From Macrostomum lignano (taxonomy: Eukaryota): a stretch of 64,000 nt of DNA. Shown here in pieces: positions 12,890-24,700 of this stretch; position 1 is the first letter of the stretch; every line of letters starts with the position of its first letter. Below the pieces are notes generated by a model that saw only the letters and a list, made by a program, of their open reading frames with translations, did no database searches and was not told the DNA's origin. The translations under genes and the position numbers were made by a program. The stretch is from NCBI GenBank assembly GCA_002269645.1, contig NIVC01002254.1:1-64000 (forward strand). Direction: 5' to 3'.

Positions 12890-13050
12890 TGTCGCCATCT
12901 CATTCACATTATGTCTGATTCACATCATGTCGCCATCTCATTCACATTGTCTCATTCACATTATGTAGCCATCTCATTCACATTGTCTCATTCACAATAT
13001 GTCGCCATGTCAACCACATGGTGTCGCCATCTCGTTCACATTGTCGCTTT
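11060..13050 (+). repeat. Minisatellite of mixed 22-bp (CATGGTGTCGCCATCTCATTCA) and 28-bp (CATGGTGTCACCACCTCATTCACAATCA) units
   Basis: Direct reading; stop-free in all three + frames until ~12887; degenerates after 12890. Confidence 0.95.
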
Positions 13051-13639
13051 CTTACACATTTTAGTTTCACTTACGTGCCACTCGCACTAAGACAATTCTT
13101 TAACAATAGCTATATATACATATCTGAAAATATCGATTAATATCAATGTCACCGCTTAGGTACTATCTAGCTCGTATGCTAATTTAAAATATTGAAAAAA
13201 ACCTGAATACTACTGCCCAAATTTAGCCGCACCAATACATTCGCTGAAGGCTCTCTTTGAAAAAAAGTGGGAAATAATTTCTGGGAAGAATTTCAGCTGC
13301 TCTGTGTAAGTCGCGACCGCTGAGGAAGAGGAGGAGGGAGGTTGTGTCGAGTCTCGGTGATCAGAGAAATACAGTTTTAAGAAATACCCCGGAGCTGAGC
13401 TCTGCATGCCTGGGTGTAGCCTATATGAGTTGATTGTTCGTGTAGCCTAGTTCTCACCTAGCTCCCCCCTCCTAGTGATCCTTACTAACTACCCTCTGGG
13501 ACTTCTGCGTGCAGTGTTTGTGCCTGTACTCCTCATGGAAATCTAGAATGTAGTAATCTGGAGTTTGTAAACAGTATTAGTATGAACTTGTTGTATAGAC
13601 ACATACACATACATAACTTGTATAGACATTTGTGAATTT

Positions 13640-14160
13640 GTTTAGGTCTTATGAGTTTAGGTCATGTGAAGTTTAGGTCATGTGAAGTTTAGGTCATGTA
13701 AAGTTTAGGTCATGGGAAGTTTAGGTCTCGTGAAGTTTATGTCATGGGAAGTTTAGGTCTCGTGAAGTTTCGGTCTTGTGAAGTTTATGTCTTGTGAAGT
13801 TTATGTCATGTGAAGTTTAGGTCTTGTGAAGTTTATGTCATGGGAAGTTTAGGTCTTGTGAAGTTTAGATCTTGTGAAGTTTAGGTCATGTGAAGTTTAG
13901 GTCTCGTGAATTTTAGGTCTCATAAAGTTTAGGTCATGTTAAGTTTAGATCTTGTGAAGTTTAGGTCTTGTGAAGTTTAGGTCTTGTGAAGATTATGTCA
14001 TGTGAAGTTCAGATCTTGTGGAATTTAGGTCTTGTGAAGTTTAGGTCTTGTGAAGTTTAGGCCATGTGAAGTTTAGATCTTGTGAAGTTTATGTCATGTG
14101 AAGTTCAAGTGTTGCGAAATTTAGGTCTTGTGAATTTCGGGTCTTGTGAAGCTTAGTCTT
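13640..14160 (+). repeat. 16-bp minisatellite (GTGAAGTTTAGGTCTT/AT), about 30 units
   Basis: Direct reading of tandem units; short sister array at 59197-59280. Confidence 0.95.
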
Positions 14161-14371
14161 TATAAAAGTCAATACTTGAATATTTTTGGCAATGTAAAAT
14201 TTAGGTGTTGTGAAAGCGCCTTCTACAAATATTTTGTCGGTTGAACTCAAATTAGGCTTTACATGTAGTTGCCTGCCACTCCCGATATTGTGTTTAAGAA
14301 TCCTCGCCTTTCCTCTGTTCACCCTTCTTGAAATTGGGGGGTGGGGATCGATTGATAATACACTCGCACAC

Positions 14372-14375
<4 letters not shown>

Positions 14376-14414
<39 letters not shown>
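14376..14414 (+). repeat. (GA)n microsatellite upstream of the first exon of the LIM gene
   Basis: About 19 GA dinucleotides; lies ~375 bp before the donor site at 14790. Confidence 0.95.
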
Positions 14415-14416
<2 letters not shown>

Positions 14417-14924
14417 ATCGGCGAGCTTCTTGTTTCCTCTACGTCTCTCTTCCGATCAACTCCGACTGTGCCAGAGAGTAGTGTATAGAAAACTAAAAAA
14501 AATCGATAATTTTGCCTGCTCATTCCGCGAGCTGACTGGCTGAATTCCACGTTTCTTTCTTTGCTCTACTAACTGGAGCCAACCGCGTGGCTCCCAGCCA
14601 CCCAGCCCAATACAATGCCAATACCCTTCGATCTTTGAATAGCGCAACGCCCAACATTGCTTCAGTATCAAATATTTAAAAATATCAGCCTGTTAGAATC
14701 TATAACAACCTAGAATCTATCTACACGCAATTTTACTTGGACGTCACTGTTGCTGCTGGGAGCTTTGAAGTCGCTATATTTTTCTAACGGTGAGTAGTCA
14801 AGTTTTTATAACTATTTTTGATTTGTTTCTATCTTGTCTTGTCTATTTAGTGGTCACACGGGTATTCAAGCTAATAATAATAAGGCTAGCATGCAAGAGT
14901 GCAGTTGTTAGTCGTGAATATGGC

Positions 14925-15540
14925 TGCCGTTGCTAAGCCAGGTAGTGCCGTTGCTAAGCTTGGTAGTGCCGTTGCTAAGCCAGTTTGTGCCGTTACTAAG
15001 CCAGGAAGTGCCGTTGCTAAGCCAAGTAGAGCCGTTGCTAAGCCAGGTAGAGCCGTTGCTAAGCCAGTTAGTGCCGTTGCTAAGCCACGTAGTGCGGTTG
15101 CTAAGCCAAGTAGAGCAGTTGCTAAGCCAGTTAGTGCCGTCGCTAAGCCACGTAGTGCGGTTGCTAAGCCAAATAGAGCAGTTGCTAAGCCAGGTAATGC
15201 CGTTGCTAGAGTGACAGTGCCGTTGCTAAGCCAGGAAGTGCCGTTACTAAGCCAGGAAGTGCCGTTGCTAAGCCAAGTAGAGCAGTTGCTAAGCCAGTTA
15301 GTGCCGTTGATAAGCCACGTAGTGCCGCTGCTAGAGTGACAGTGGCGTTGCTAAGCCAGTTAGTGCCGTTGCTAAGCCACGTAGTGCGGTTGCTAAGCCA
15401 GTTAGAGCCGTTGCTAAGCCAGGTAGTGCGGTTGCTAAGCCAGTTAGAGCCGTTGCTAAGCCAGGTAGTGCCGCTGCTAGAGTGACAGTGCCGTTGCTAA
15501 GCCAGGTAGAGCAGTTGCTAAGCCAGGTAGAGCTGTTGCT
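14925..15540 (+). repeat. 21-bp minisatellite (AGTGCCGTTGCTAAGCCAGGT), probably within intron 1 of the LIM gene
   Basis: Tandem units with shorter CTAGAGTGAC variants that shift frame; lies between donor ACG|GTGAGT (14790) and acceptor TTGCAG| (15678). Confidence 0.9.
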
Positions 15541-15724
15541 GAACTCCAAGCGGAATAAAACAGTTGCTACGAGCGTATGCAGGATAGTAATGATACCAAG
15601 CGGGACAGTGCCATTTATAAGTGAGATAGAATCATTACTGAGGTAGTGCTCAGTGCTCACATACCAATGTCATTGCAGGCGTACTGCTAAACGCACAAAC
15701 CAGCTAGCCGATCAATACCCAGCC

Positions 15725-18700
15725 ATGCCAATCGCCTCCGGCGCAGGAGGTAAACCGAAGCAATACGGCATCAAGCCGGTGCCAACCAAGCATCCGACCA
15801 CTGGTCACAGCCTCACCGCCAATCGTACCACCAATCTGCGTAGAGAGAATGCCGCCTCTAGATCCACCGCTAATTTGTCTTCAAGTGCTAAACCGGCTCA
15901 GAGTCAGTCGGCAACGGCGTCTGAGCAGCACCCGCAGCAGCAGGACGCATCGCCGATGCGTCGCAAGCATCAACAACAGCGAGGCCAATCAGCCGATCGA
16001 ATGATCAACGCTCCGCCCCGAGTCGAAGAGCGTCGACATTTAAAAGTGCACAGCCTGTACGGCAGCCGGCCGCCGTGGGCAACCGATTTCGACTACGACT
16101 ACGACGAAGACAACGAAAATGACAACAACGACAACGTTGCGGAAAGCAATGACAGGCATGATGGTGGTAGCGATGCGGAGCGTGCAGCGTCGAGACAGCG
16201 CAGTCGGAGTGAAACTCGCCGATCCGTAAAGTCCAAGTCGCCGTCGCTATCGCCGTTGCCTTCGATGCAGCGGCCGCAGCCGCCTCAGAAGGCGGGGCTT
16301 CAGCATCCCGAGTTGAAGAATCGCTGCGTCGGTACTACCGACGATGACGTTTTAAATTGGCCGCCGCCTCCGCCACAGTCGCAGTCGCCCTCGCAGCATC
16401 GACGTAGACGACGTTCGTCACCGACGTTGGTGGACGCGGCTAATTCCCCGATCGTGCTGTCGCCGGTGGCTTTCGAAGTTCCGATGCCTGCGAAAAAATT
16501 TAGCAGCAAAAGCGGCTTTGACGAACGCGACAAGGGTGACTATGACGACGCTGACAAAGTCCAGCATCGTCGAGACCGACGTCGTAGAGTTTCGTCAACG
16601 TCTCCCTCGCCGTCTCTGGAATATCGTAGTTCAGCGCCGCCACCGGCTGCCTTGTCTGCCAGCAAGCCACTGTCGCCGACTCCGCAGATTCGCCTGGTGC
16701 CTCGCCGGCCAGCCTGCATAGACAGGACGCGTCGATCGAGCGGTCGGCCGCACTCGGACATCCGGCGTCAAGCGTCCATAGATGGCGATCTGGACGACGC
16801 TGGCTACGAGAACGATGACAGTGCAGCTCAGGAGTCTCCGCGCCAGCAGCGCCATCAGCAGCTTCAGCAGTCTCCGCTCCTGCGCAAAGATTCCGACGAA
16901 CGTCAGCCAAGCCGCACTACGACTTCAGGTTATCGAAGCGCTGCCAGTTCTCCGCAACGCGGCGGCTGTGGCACAGTTAGTCGGCCTCCACTAGCGGAGC
17001 CGTCCCAGCCGCCAATCAAATCCGACAATGACGAGAAGTTCTATACGAGCGGCCGCACCTACGACAGACGTCCCAGCGTTCGTAATCAGCAGAATCAGCA
17101 TCGGCGTCGACAAAAGTCCGACGACGAACGCGATGACGAGAATTCAGGATCGGAAAATTCGTCAGTAGACACGGAGGTGCTTCGGCCCAGGCGAAACTCT
17201 CGAGCGGCCGCCGCCGCCGCAGCCGCTGCCGCTGTTGACGACGCTCTTCGAAGATTGTGGGGCGACAACGAAGGCGCCGCCGAAGAAAATCGACAGCAGT
17301 CGCGACGAAGATCTCATCCGCAGCAGCAGCAGCAGCCAGTTCACTCCAGTAACGACAAGGCCACGCAGACTGGTCCGATGGCCGTCTCCGCCGCTCTGCC
17401 GCGTGTGTCGCCGTCTCGTTACCGCCATCGACCATCCGAACTGCGCCTGTCGCCAGCCAAATTATTGTCCAGTTCTTCGGACTCTCTGCCGCCAAGTCCC
17501 ACAGGTGAGGAGGTGGCTAATGCCATACTGAGAGCCGTGCCAGCCTCTGAGCAGCAAAGACAGGCTCAGCAGCATCCCGACAGAGAGCAGCCTCAGCCCA
17601 AAGACACTACTCAACGAATTGAGCACTGGCTTGGCAATGGCTACGGACAACCTCAGCAGCAACAATTATCGCCCCCATCAAAAGATCAACACCAGAAGCC
17701 GCAAGCTCCTGTAGGCGACACGTCCGGTTCATTCTGGTACGCCGAGAATCGTCAGCCTCGTCACCTGACTTACTCATATAATCCGGCCCCATTGGAGTCC
17801 AATCCGATTCGCACTGGCAAAGTGCGAGCGCTGGCTCTACAGTTTAATCAGTCGGAACGTCTCCTGACGGGACAGATGCAACATCAGCCGCAACAGCAGC
17901 AGCAGCCGCAGCAGCAGCCACAGCAGCAGCCGCAGCATCAACCGGTGCAGCTTAGAAATAATCGAGAACCGATGATGCCGCATCGTGAGCAGCCTGCTCA
18001 GCGGCAGCCTCAGCAACAACAACAGCTGCGCCCAACACCCAACGCCTCGGCGCAGCAGCCTCAGCCGCCTCCGCCGCAGTCGCAGGCTTTGCGCGAATCA
18101 CTCTTAGCCGACTCCAAGACCTTCTACTATGGCGACAAGGCCGCTCTGAACAGTAGCGAATATCATAATCGACCGAATTTGGAGATTATTGGCTCGCCAA
18201 CGCCCGTTAATGGCGTCTCCGCTACAGTTTATAACGCTAATAATGTTGAACAGCTGTCCGCCAGGTATTAGCACAGGTGCAGCGTAAGCCGATCCGCGTA
18301 GATTAGGGGCACCGGAAACTGTGGTTTAGACTGAAGCGGAATACCCGTTGAAAACGTTACCTTGACAAGAATCGCTAGAGTCATTGCAAGCAGCTCACGA
18401 GTAACTTAAGTGACTCTGGGTTGTGACTTTTTTAACAACTCAAACGACTGTAATGCGACAAAGAGGCGACTGCTGAGTCACGAACGCGTCACCTGGGTTG
18501 TAGAATCGTAAAAGTCGTCCAAGAGTCGTTGTGTTAACGCTTCACTTTCTACTATCTCAAGTAGACTAAAAAGAGTTGTTATAAATGCAAGTTGTTGCGA
18601 TTCTGATTCATACTCGTAAAGTGTGACGCAGATGCGCTTTATACGCAACTCAGTGATTCTATAGCGACTCCAGCACGTCTCAGATACGACTCTATGGCCC

Positions 18701-21700
18701 CAGAGTCGTTTCAGAGTCGCAGACAATAAAAAAGCTCAAATTGACTCTTACACGACTCTTTAACCACTTTTTGGCGAATTTTCACCGCGACATCTCGTTG
18801 TTTCAGAGTCATCTAGAGCCCTTCTTTCCTATTTTACCTGTGTTACCTGCAACGACTCTGGGGACGCTTCTTGGCCTAGGTACCGTTCTCATCGGATTAT
18901 TATTAATGAATGATATATGCTAAATTGAATGGCAAGCATAAGCTAAAATATAAAGTGGAAAATTTTCAGATTTTTTTTTCAGATTTAGCGCAATGATGCT
19001 TCAGGCTTGCATTAGTAATATAAGTAATGTCTGATGCGCATGTTTGCAGCAAAAAGGTATATTTTTATTCAATTTGAATCAGGCTGAAATATACAGTAAC
19101 TGTTAATCTCTAATCGAAAGTACGTTCCCTAATTTTTCTTGTCTGCATAGGTTTGCTTCGCTTTTTAATTGGCACCTCTGGTGATTGCACTTCTGATTTC
19201 GAATCTTTTAGTGTTACCTTTTATTCGTGTTGCTTTTGTTTGTGTTCTCTATTAGTAAAATTTTTACTTTGTCTATTACTATGGATCTTTGTTGGGGAAG
19301 TTAACTATTTTGTCTTAGTTGTTTTCTATTTATTAGGAAACAGAAATATTTCTACGGTTAATTAATTAAGGGCTGTTAGAAACTTCCAACCGTTTCCATT
19401 TTTTCAATTGTAGTTTTCTGTATTTCTAACAAATGGAAATCTCCCCCAGTTTCAGAGAAAATCGTTACTTTTCTATTTTTTTCTGTCATATTTTTTCTAC
19501 GCTTTCGAAATTGTTTGTTTGTTGTAAATAAAAAGCAAAAAAAGCAGAGCCCCATGAACGCTGGATGTTTTTGTTGTAGAAGTTTTTATTCAGACAATAT
19601 TTCTATTCAAAAGAATACTGTAACTGATATTCTTTAAAATTGGGCTACCTTGTATTTCACATACACAGACTGGGCGATTATGAACAATGTTAGTCTTCAT
19701 TTATTTAAAAATCATATCATAGATGTATTATTTATTGTCTAGTCACTTAGTATATTGAAAATTCTGTTAAGCTACTCACAATTCAGTAGTATAACCAGAG
19801 CTGAAAGCCTAGAGAATAGAGACAGGTTGGGCCATAGACAAATCCCAAATCGGGCCTTAGGATTGAAAATCTAATCTAAATTTACAAAACATTATATTTT
19901 AGCGAGTTGATTAACCTTTCAAGACGCAATGAGTGTTACATGTCTGACAGTGAGAAAGTCGGGGCTGCTCTGTACACCCTGCCTGCACAGCGGAATGATC
20001 ATAACTTAAATCAAAATGGCCTGCTTGCTTGCTTTTTTGTTGCCCTTGATTTGCGGCAGCGGCCAAAAACCACTAACTAGATAAAAACAAATTCCCACTG
20101 AATCGCCCATCTCCCCAGGAAGATGATACGCAAATTGCTGAGCAAACAAATCAAACGGCAGGTGCCACAGTTATGGTTGTTGATGAGCAACAGCAGGCGG
20201 TTAGTGACAATGACGACAGCGACCGGGATACTGTTGGCGATGAGCACTGCTGCTCAGATTTTGGGAATGATGCCGATGATGACGTGTCCGGTACGTTGGA
20301 TTAATTTTTGTGGTCTTTGTTCAGGCCTGATTTAGTGAAGTCTTTGTTTAAACCAGATTTTCCGAGTAAAGTCTTTGTTTCAAGCCGGATTCTCCGAGTG
20401 AAGTCTTTGTTTTAGCACGATTCTCCGAGTGAAATCTGTTTAAGCCCGATTTTTTTCGAGTGAAGTCTTTGTTTATGTTCGAATTTTCGAGTGAAGTCTT
20501 TGTTTAGGCCGATTTTTCGATTGAAGTCTTTGTTTAAGCCCGATTCTCCCAGGGAAGTCTTTATTTAAGTAGTTCAACGCTCACAATTTCAGAGCGACTC
20601 CCTCAAGCCGACGACAACATAGCGCCAGCTCTGTACACTGCGTCCAGCATTGACAGCCTGGACCTGCTGGCCGCGGTCAACAGGCCGCAGCTTCGCCAGC
20701 AAGAGGACCCCAGTAGCTTGTCATCCACGGTAGACCATTACCTGGCCGCCAGGCTGGCCGGGGACGAGAGCAGCGAAGATTTCTCAGATTTGGTGCCGAA
20801 TTCTTCGGACAAATTCGGACACTCCGATTCCGAGTCTTTGTCCTCCTCTCTGTTGGACTCGGCTGTTGGCGGCGCCTCCGGAGAGGTGAGTTGGTTTCTG
20901 GCTTCATCTGCGAGTCTGTGTCTGTTGCGAACTGGGCTATTTGGGACTCTGCACCGGTGTCTGTCTCTCTACCTTTCTGTCCGCCTCTCTGTCTCGCTCT
21001 AAACCTCTGTCTACCTGTCTATCTCATCTTTTAATTCACTGTCTACCTCTCTATCTCATCTTCTATTTCACTATCTACCACTCTATCTCATCTTTTATTT
21101 CACTGTCTACCACTCTATCTCATCTCCTATTTCACTGTCTACCTCTCAATCTCCTCTATTTTACTGTCTGCCTCTCAATCTCATCCTCTATTTTACTGTC
21201 TGCCTCTCAATCTCATCCTCTATTTTACTGTCTGCCTCTCAATCTCATCCTCTATTTTACTGTCTGCCTCTCAATCTCATCCTCTATTTCACTGTCTGCC
21301 TATCTCATCTTTTATTTCACTGCCTACCTCTCTATTTTACTGTCTACCTCTCTATTTCACTATCTACCTCTCTATCGCATCCTCTACTTCACTGTCTACC
21401 TCTCAATCTCATCCTCTATTTCACTGTCTGCCTCTCAATCTCATCCTCTATTTCACTGTCTGCCTATCTCATCTTTTATTTCACTGTCTACCTCTCTATT
21501 TCACTGTCTACCTCTCTATGGCATCCTCTATTTTACTGTCTACCTCTCTATTTCACTATCTACCTCTCTATCGCATCCTCTACTTCACTGTCTGCCTATC
21601 TCATCCTCTGTTTCTCACTGTCTACCCCTCTATCTCAGTCTATACCTCACTGTCTACTTCTCTATCTCATCCTCTTTCATTGTCTGCCTCTCAATCTCAT

Positions 21701-24700
21701 CCGCTATTTCACTGTCTACCCCTCTATCGCATCCTCTACTTCACTGTCTACCTCTCAATCTCATCCTCTGTTTCTCACTGTCTACCCCTCTATCTCAGCT
21801 TATACCTCACTTTCTACCTGTATTTTACTCTATATCTATATCTCTTGATACGTCTGCTATCACTCTACAAAGCGATTATGTGATAATATCCTGAAATTAT
21901 TTTACCCTAGCTATTTTGTACTTTGTTTAAAGTTATTTTCTTCAGCTGAACAAGAATTTTAATTGTACTATCTATATTTACCTTCAGCACCTTCATTTCA
22001 ACCTTTATTAACTGACTATTGCGCACCCCAGAGGCGGCCATCCATCCGCTGGATTAATCTGTTAGGCGACAATGCTCCCGCGGTCTTTGTACGCTTAAGC
22101 AGTATATTGATTGACGTTTGAAATAACAGTTTCAATACGTTTCTTAATTAAGCTTGCTTGATTTGCTGTGTGTTTTAACTTTTAATCTGCTTTTAACAGT
22201 CCCTTTTAACTATAGCCATGGCATCTTAGAAACTTTCTTTGAGCAATTCATTCCAGTATGGGAATTATAGCCTAGTAGCTAGAGCGTTGGACTCACGACT
22301 GAAAGGTCGGGGGTTCGATTCTCGACCCACTCGGAAACAATTTGTGTCCTTGAGCAAGGCACTTAACTCTGCATTGCTTCAGTTCACCCAGCTGTAAAAT
22401 GGGTGCCAGCATTAGCTGGGGTAATTGAGGCTGTGTGTGGCGACCCCCCAGTCCTTGGACTGAACAGCCGTACGCAGCCTTCAGATGCGCGGCTCAATAG
22501 CTGCGGCTGAGCTGTCGGTTGCACATCTGCCCAAATGGGGCAGGTGTAATCAATTATTATTATTATTATTAATAAACCTTAAGTTCAAAAGTTTAATTTT
22601 GTCTAGCAACTTTTTATTGACAATATTTTACCTAACTTCAACTGTTAGTAGTCATTAAGTAGAAAACATTTCATTTCTATCTTTGGACAAATGATATGAC
22701 GTAATTTTTTTGTTCCGCAGGGCAGCTCAACCAGCATCTGCGGAGTGTGCTCAAAGAAAGTCTACCCAATGGAGATGGTGACCACTAATGGCGTGGCCTA
22801 TCATAAATTCTGCTGCAAATGTTCCAAGTGTAATCGAGTTCTCAGGTAAAAATGTGTTGTAATTCTACTTTAAGTAGCAATTCATTTTAATGTACAGTTC
22901 AAATCTCTCTGAAATGTAGCGTTGGAAATTTCGGAGTTCTGTCCGGCGCTCTTTACTGTCAGGTGCATTACACTGACGCTGTTCGATTGCAAGGTAAATT
23001 CCAGCTCAATTTATAACCTGCTTTGCGCTTATTTCTACTGTTAGTAGACTGGGTAAGACCATCTAATAATAAGAGCTTTGAAATTTCTCTTTACCTTTCA
23101 GATGCGCCTTTAGATAAAAAATCTGCTAATCTGGATAATTCTGAACCACCCGAAGTAAGTTTTATCTGTCACTCTCAGTTTTTGTTTGTCACTCTCAGAT
23201 TCATTTCTGTCACTCTCAGATTCATTTCTGTCACTCTCAGATTCATTTCTGTCACTCTCAGATTCATTTCTGTCACTCTCAGATTCATTTCTGTCACTCT
23301 CAGCTCCATTTCTGTAACTCTCAGCTTCATTTCTGTCACTCTCAGTTCGATTTCTATCACTCTCAGATTCATTTCTGTCACTCTCAGCTTGATATTCATT
23401 TCTGTCACTCTCAGCTCCATTTCTGTCACTCTCAGATTCATTTCTGTCACTCTCATATTCATTTCTGTCACTCTCAGCTCCATTTCTGTCACTCTCAGAT
23501 TCATTTCTGTCACTATCAGCTCCATTTCTGTCAGCTCCATTTCTGTCACTCTCAGATTCATTTCTGTCACTCTCAGATTCATTTCTGTCACTCTCAGCTC
23601 CATTTCTGTCACTCTCAGATTCATTTCTGTCACTCTCAGATTCATTTCTGTCACTCTCAGATTCATTTCTGTCACTCTCAGATTCATTTCTGTCACTCTC
23701 AGTTCGATTTCTGTCACTCTCAGTTCGATTTCTGTCACTCTCAGTTCGATTTCTGTCACTCACAGTTCGATTTCTGTCCCTCTCATCTTGATTTCTGTCA
23801 CTCTCAGCTTGATTTCTGTCACTCTTAGTTTGATTTCTATCAGTCCAAAGTCCTACTTCTGTCACTCTTGTGTTAAATATTACAGTTTCACTGTTTGTCC
23901 ATCAGTTAAATTTCTGTTTAGGGAGTTGCATGCTTTTTAATTATTTCATTCATCAGCTGCCTGTCACTCGCAGACTGTCACTCTCCCTCTCATCCACCCC
24001 GCAGACGGCGGACCCGATCCGAGGCCGCTTGAAGCGCCGAACGAGCCAAGCAGATGAGCTGCCGCCGCCCGGCATTTCTAAGAACATTTTGAACTTCTTT
24101 CACGGCTTGGAGCAGAAATCGTCGGTGCAGAAGCTGCAAAAACTTCCTCCAGTACCGCAGCAGCAGCAGCAGCAATCCGCTGTGGGCAACAACAGGCTGT
24201 CAGTTTGTACCGATGAGTCCACAACGCCTAAGCTGGTTTCCGTAAGCTGTGGCGCTTTTATATGCCACAATTCCAGAATGGAGCTTTTCTCCTGTTCATA
24301 TTTTATTATATTAAATATTTCTCTTGCACTCTCCTTGCTTCTTTGTGCCCTCTTCTCTCTCCTTTTATCCCCTCCTCACCCTATGTCCTCCACTCTCTAC
24401 CCTCTCCTCCCCCTCTCTACCCTCTGCTCTCCCCTCTCCCCTCTTCTCTCCACTCTCTACCCTCTAATCTCCCCTCTCCACCCTCTACTCTCCCCTCTCC
24501 CCTCTTCTCTCCACTCTCTACCCTCTAATCTCCCCTCTCCACCCTCTACTCTCCCCTCTCCCCTCTTCTCTCCACTCTCTACCCTCTACTCTCCCGTCTC
24601 TACCCTCTCCTCTCCCTCTGCCCTCTACTATCCCGTCTCTACCCTCTCCCCCTCTCTCTACCCTCTCCCCCTCTCTCTACCCTCTCCCCTTCTCTCTACC

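Noticed and set aside
13300-13572. Possible solo LTR (TG...CA)
   Set aside because: No second copy, TSD or adjacent PBS/PPT could be established from this window.
14899-15660. AVAKPGS repeat proteins (ORFs 14899, 14930, 15331)
   Set aside because: 21-bp minisatellite between a donor (14790) and an acceptor (15678); truncated units break the frame.
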